This document shows, in pieces, positions 61,366 to 64,000 of a stretch of 64,000 nucleotides of DNA; the stretch's first letter is position 1, and each line of letters starts with the position of its first letter. The position numbers and the translations under genes were made by a program. The DNA lies in contig OX597819.1 in the NCBI GenBank assembly GCA_951406725.2, positions 95,790,001-95,854,000 on the forward strand, in the 5' to 3' direction. The stretch comes from Octopus vulgaris. Its lineage: Eukaryota. The notes below the pieces were generated by a model. That model made no database searches. It was given only the letters and a program-made list of their open reading frames with translations, and was not told the origin of the DNA.

Positions 61366-61661
61366 GTGTTGGGATTACTCCAATGAATTGACAGTAAGGT
61401 AGTTGCTTCTTGTTTTTTTTCTGTCTGTAAACATGTTGTCTCTGTTTTTGTTGATTTAACTTGCAGTACTTATGGTCAGATATCTTCTCTCCAATAATTT
61501 TCATACTTATACTTCATTGTCCATTATATCTTTCTATTTCAGATAAAAATACTTCACTGAAAATGATCGACATATTTATCAACTTTTGAAGGCTAAAACT
61601 AATTCATTCATCAAACTGATGCCAACCCGTTTTTTATAACTCAGGTTTGGAACACAAAGTT

Positions 61662-62591
61662 ATGAATAAGAAAGCAAAGCTTGAGTATATTGATTCATCT
61701 ACCCAGACACAGGAAAATGCAAAAGAGAAATCCTACCCTTGTGATATATGCAGAAAATCATTAACAACAAGAAAGAATTTGATTCAGCATAAATTAAATC
61801 ACTCAGTCTCCAAGCTGTACCCCTGTGAAGTTTGTGGTAAAAAGTTTACTACAAATCGTTCCTTGTCTCTCCACAAACATATTCATACAGGAGAAAAGCC
61901 ACACTGTTGTGATATCTGTGGTAAAGCATTTTCTCAAAATAGTAATTTATCTTCCCACAGACGTATACATACAGGTGAGAAACCATATCACTGTGATGTC
62001 TGTGGTAAATCATTCTCTGTAAATGGTAGTTTATCTTATCACAAACGTACACACACAGGGGAGAAACCATATCATTGTGATATCTGTGGTAAAACATTCT
62101 CTCTGAATGGTAGTTTATCTTATCACAAACGTACACACACGGGAGAGTACCCATATCATTGTGGTATCTGTGGTAAATCATTTTCCCGGAGTGGTGGTTT
62201 GTCTTACCACAAACTCGTTCACACTGGAGAGAAACCATACCACTGTGATATCTGTGGTCAAATGTTCTCTCACAGTGGCAGTTTGTCTTCTCACAAACGT
62301 ATTCACACAGGAGAGAAACCATATCACTGTGATATCTGTGGTAGAACATTTTCACAGGGTGGTAGCTTGATATCTCACAGGCGAATCCATACTGGAGAGA
62401 ACCCGTATTATTGTGATATTTGTGGTAAAACATTTTCTCAGAGCGGTGGCTTGTCTTACCATAAACTTGTTCATACAGGGAAAAAACCATACTGCTGTGA
62501 TATCTGTGGGAAATCATTCTCTCAAAATTATAATTTATCTTCTCACAAACGTATCCACACTCGTGGGAAAGCATGCTATGATGGCATATGA
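61662..62591 (+). CDS. Tandem C2H2 zinc-finger protein, 10 fingers, single coding exon
   Basis: 10 fingers with TGEKPY linkers. The first ATG is at 61662; the ORF-track start at 61647 is TTG. Confidence 0.93.
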   Translation: MNKKAKLEYIDSSTQTQENAKEKSYPCDICRKSLTTRKNLIQHKLNHSVSKLYPCEVCGKKFTTNRSLSLHKHIHTGEKPHCCDICGKAFSQNSNLSSHRRIHTGEKPYHCDVCGKSFSVNGSLSYHKRTHTGEKPYHCDICGKTFSLNGSLSYHKRTHTGEYPYHCGICGKSFSRSGGLSYHKLVHTGEKPYHCDICGQMFSHSGSLSSHKRIHTGEKPYHCDICGRTFSQGGSLISHRRIHTGENPYYCDICGKTFSQSGGLSYHKLVHTGKKPYCCDICGKSFSQNYNLSSHKRIHTRGKACYDGI

Positions 62592-62844
62592 ACAGTATGA
62601 AATGATAATAAGTTAAAATGCAATATGAAGTGGTGACTTTTTGATCTGTAACAACTGCTACTTGAAGTAAATTGTGGAAAAAGAAACATTTTATGGAATA
62701 AAATATGGCTTTACATGCTGTTGTAGATTTACAGTGCATTACTATTCATATTATTAACCCTGCTTTGTTAAAGAAGTTCTATTCATGTGAGTGTTAGGTG
62801 GTGGTATGTAACAGGTGAACATATGTATGTACATGCAGAGTTTA

Positions 62845-63182
62845 GTGGCATCTTGGGCAAGTGTCTTCTACTATAGCCTCGGGCCAACCAAAACCTTGTG
62901 AGTGGATTTGGTAGACAGAAACTGAAAGAAGCCCATCATATATATATATATATATTATACATACATACATAGGTATGCATGTGAGTGTTTGTGTTTCCCT
63001 GCCATCGCTTGACAACCAATGCTGGTGTGTTTATGTCTCTGTGACTTAGTGGTTTCGCAAAAGAGACCAATAGAATAAGTACTAGGCATATAAAGAATAA
63101 GTTCTGGGATCGATTTCTTTGACAAAAACCCTTTAAGGTGGTGTTCCAGCATGGCCGCAATCAACTGAAGCAATTAAAAGAC
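62845..63182 (+). mobile_element. SINE (ggcatcttgggcaagtgtcttc core)
   Basis: Same core as 6676 and 31718. The tail is shared with minus-strand fragments near 9165-9290 and 11535-11680. Confidence 0.75.
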
Positions 63183-64000
63183 TATATGTGTAGGTGTATG
63201 TAAAAGGTGAATATATGATTGTACCTGTACAGTTCTATATACGTGTGTGTAGATATATAAAAGATGTATATTCTACATTTATATACATCTATGTGTATAC
63301 ATGTGGAGTTCTAAATGTGTAGGTGTGTAAAAGGTGAATGTATATGTATGTACATGTACAGTTCTATATGGGTGTATGTAAAAAGTTGGTACATTTATTT
63401 ACATGCAGATTTCTAGGTATGTATAAAGTGGATATATTTTTGTACACATACAATCATATATGTATGAAGCATTTAGTAACAGACTCATAAGCTCCACAAC
63501 TTAAAAACAGAAAAATGCAGTCAAAGTTTTATGACTTTAGAATGCGATATCTGGGCAAGGAACAAAGTTAGGAAGCTGGTTTTGGTCTTAAAAAGACCAT
63601 GGAAACCTCCTCTAATCATTGCACCTGAGTAAAATTATTTATTTATGTGTGCATCTGAAACATGAAACAATGACTGCATCTTTCTCAGTTTGTAGAATAT
63701 ACCAGTACTATGAAATGGTTTATCACATTGCATATTTTAGCCATAATACCTAGAAAAAACATACAGAGACCCCACCACCACCAAAGATATTGTTTGTGTT
63801 TTAATATACTAAGGTATCTTTAAGAGATAACTATGACATGATAAGATAACCCATTATCGTTATGATGGTAGCGAGGAATATTAGAAAATGAGCCATAACA
63901 CTTCAAAAGACAATGCAGGGACCACACCAAAGTTATTGATTGAATGTGTGTGCTTACAATGGTATGTTACTAAACTTTCTGGTTTGAGTTTGGGTGAGCA

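Noticed and set aside
61849-62739. 296-aa antisense ORF (also 29738-30229 and the alternative-frame ORFs in the ZNF genes)
   Set aside because: These are shadow frames created by the 84-bp finger periodicity and codon bias, with no independent protein features.

Overview
This is AT-rich, repeat-dense animal genomic DNA, not prokaryotic. The SINE families, the simple repeats and the single-exon tandem C2H2 genes point to an octopus or other coleoid cephalopod (inference). Genes: the last exons of aldose 1-epimerase (GALM, +), three single-coding-exon poly-C2H2 zinc-finger genes (18, 12 and 10 fingers), and an intronless USP35/38-family deubiquitinase that lies head-to-head with one ZNF gene. 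The rest is mobile DNA: mariner, Tigger, MULE-like, foldback and piggyBac-like MITEs, Helitron pieces, RTE, CR1 and Tx1 LINEs, a Penelope-like GIY-YIG element and many tRNA-derived SINEs. The most notable observations are four. (1) Three hammerhead-ribozyme-like motifs lie within 2.5 kb, one of them a G3-C8 core-swap variant duplicated in a ~280-bp palindrome. (2) A Tx1-like element has lost its RT by an in-frame deletion, leaving an open 244-aa EN/Zn fusion ORF. (3) A SINE 3' tail matches that Tx1 family. (4) The probable USP retrogene shares 5'-exon sequence with a neighbouring ZNF gene. All calls are by eye; no database search or folding was run.
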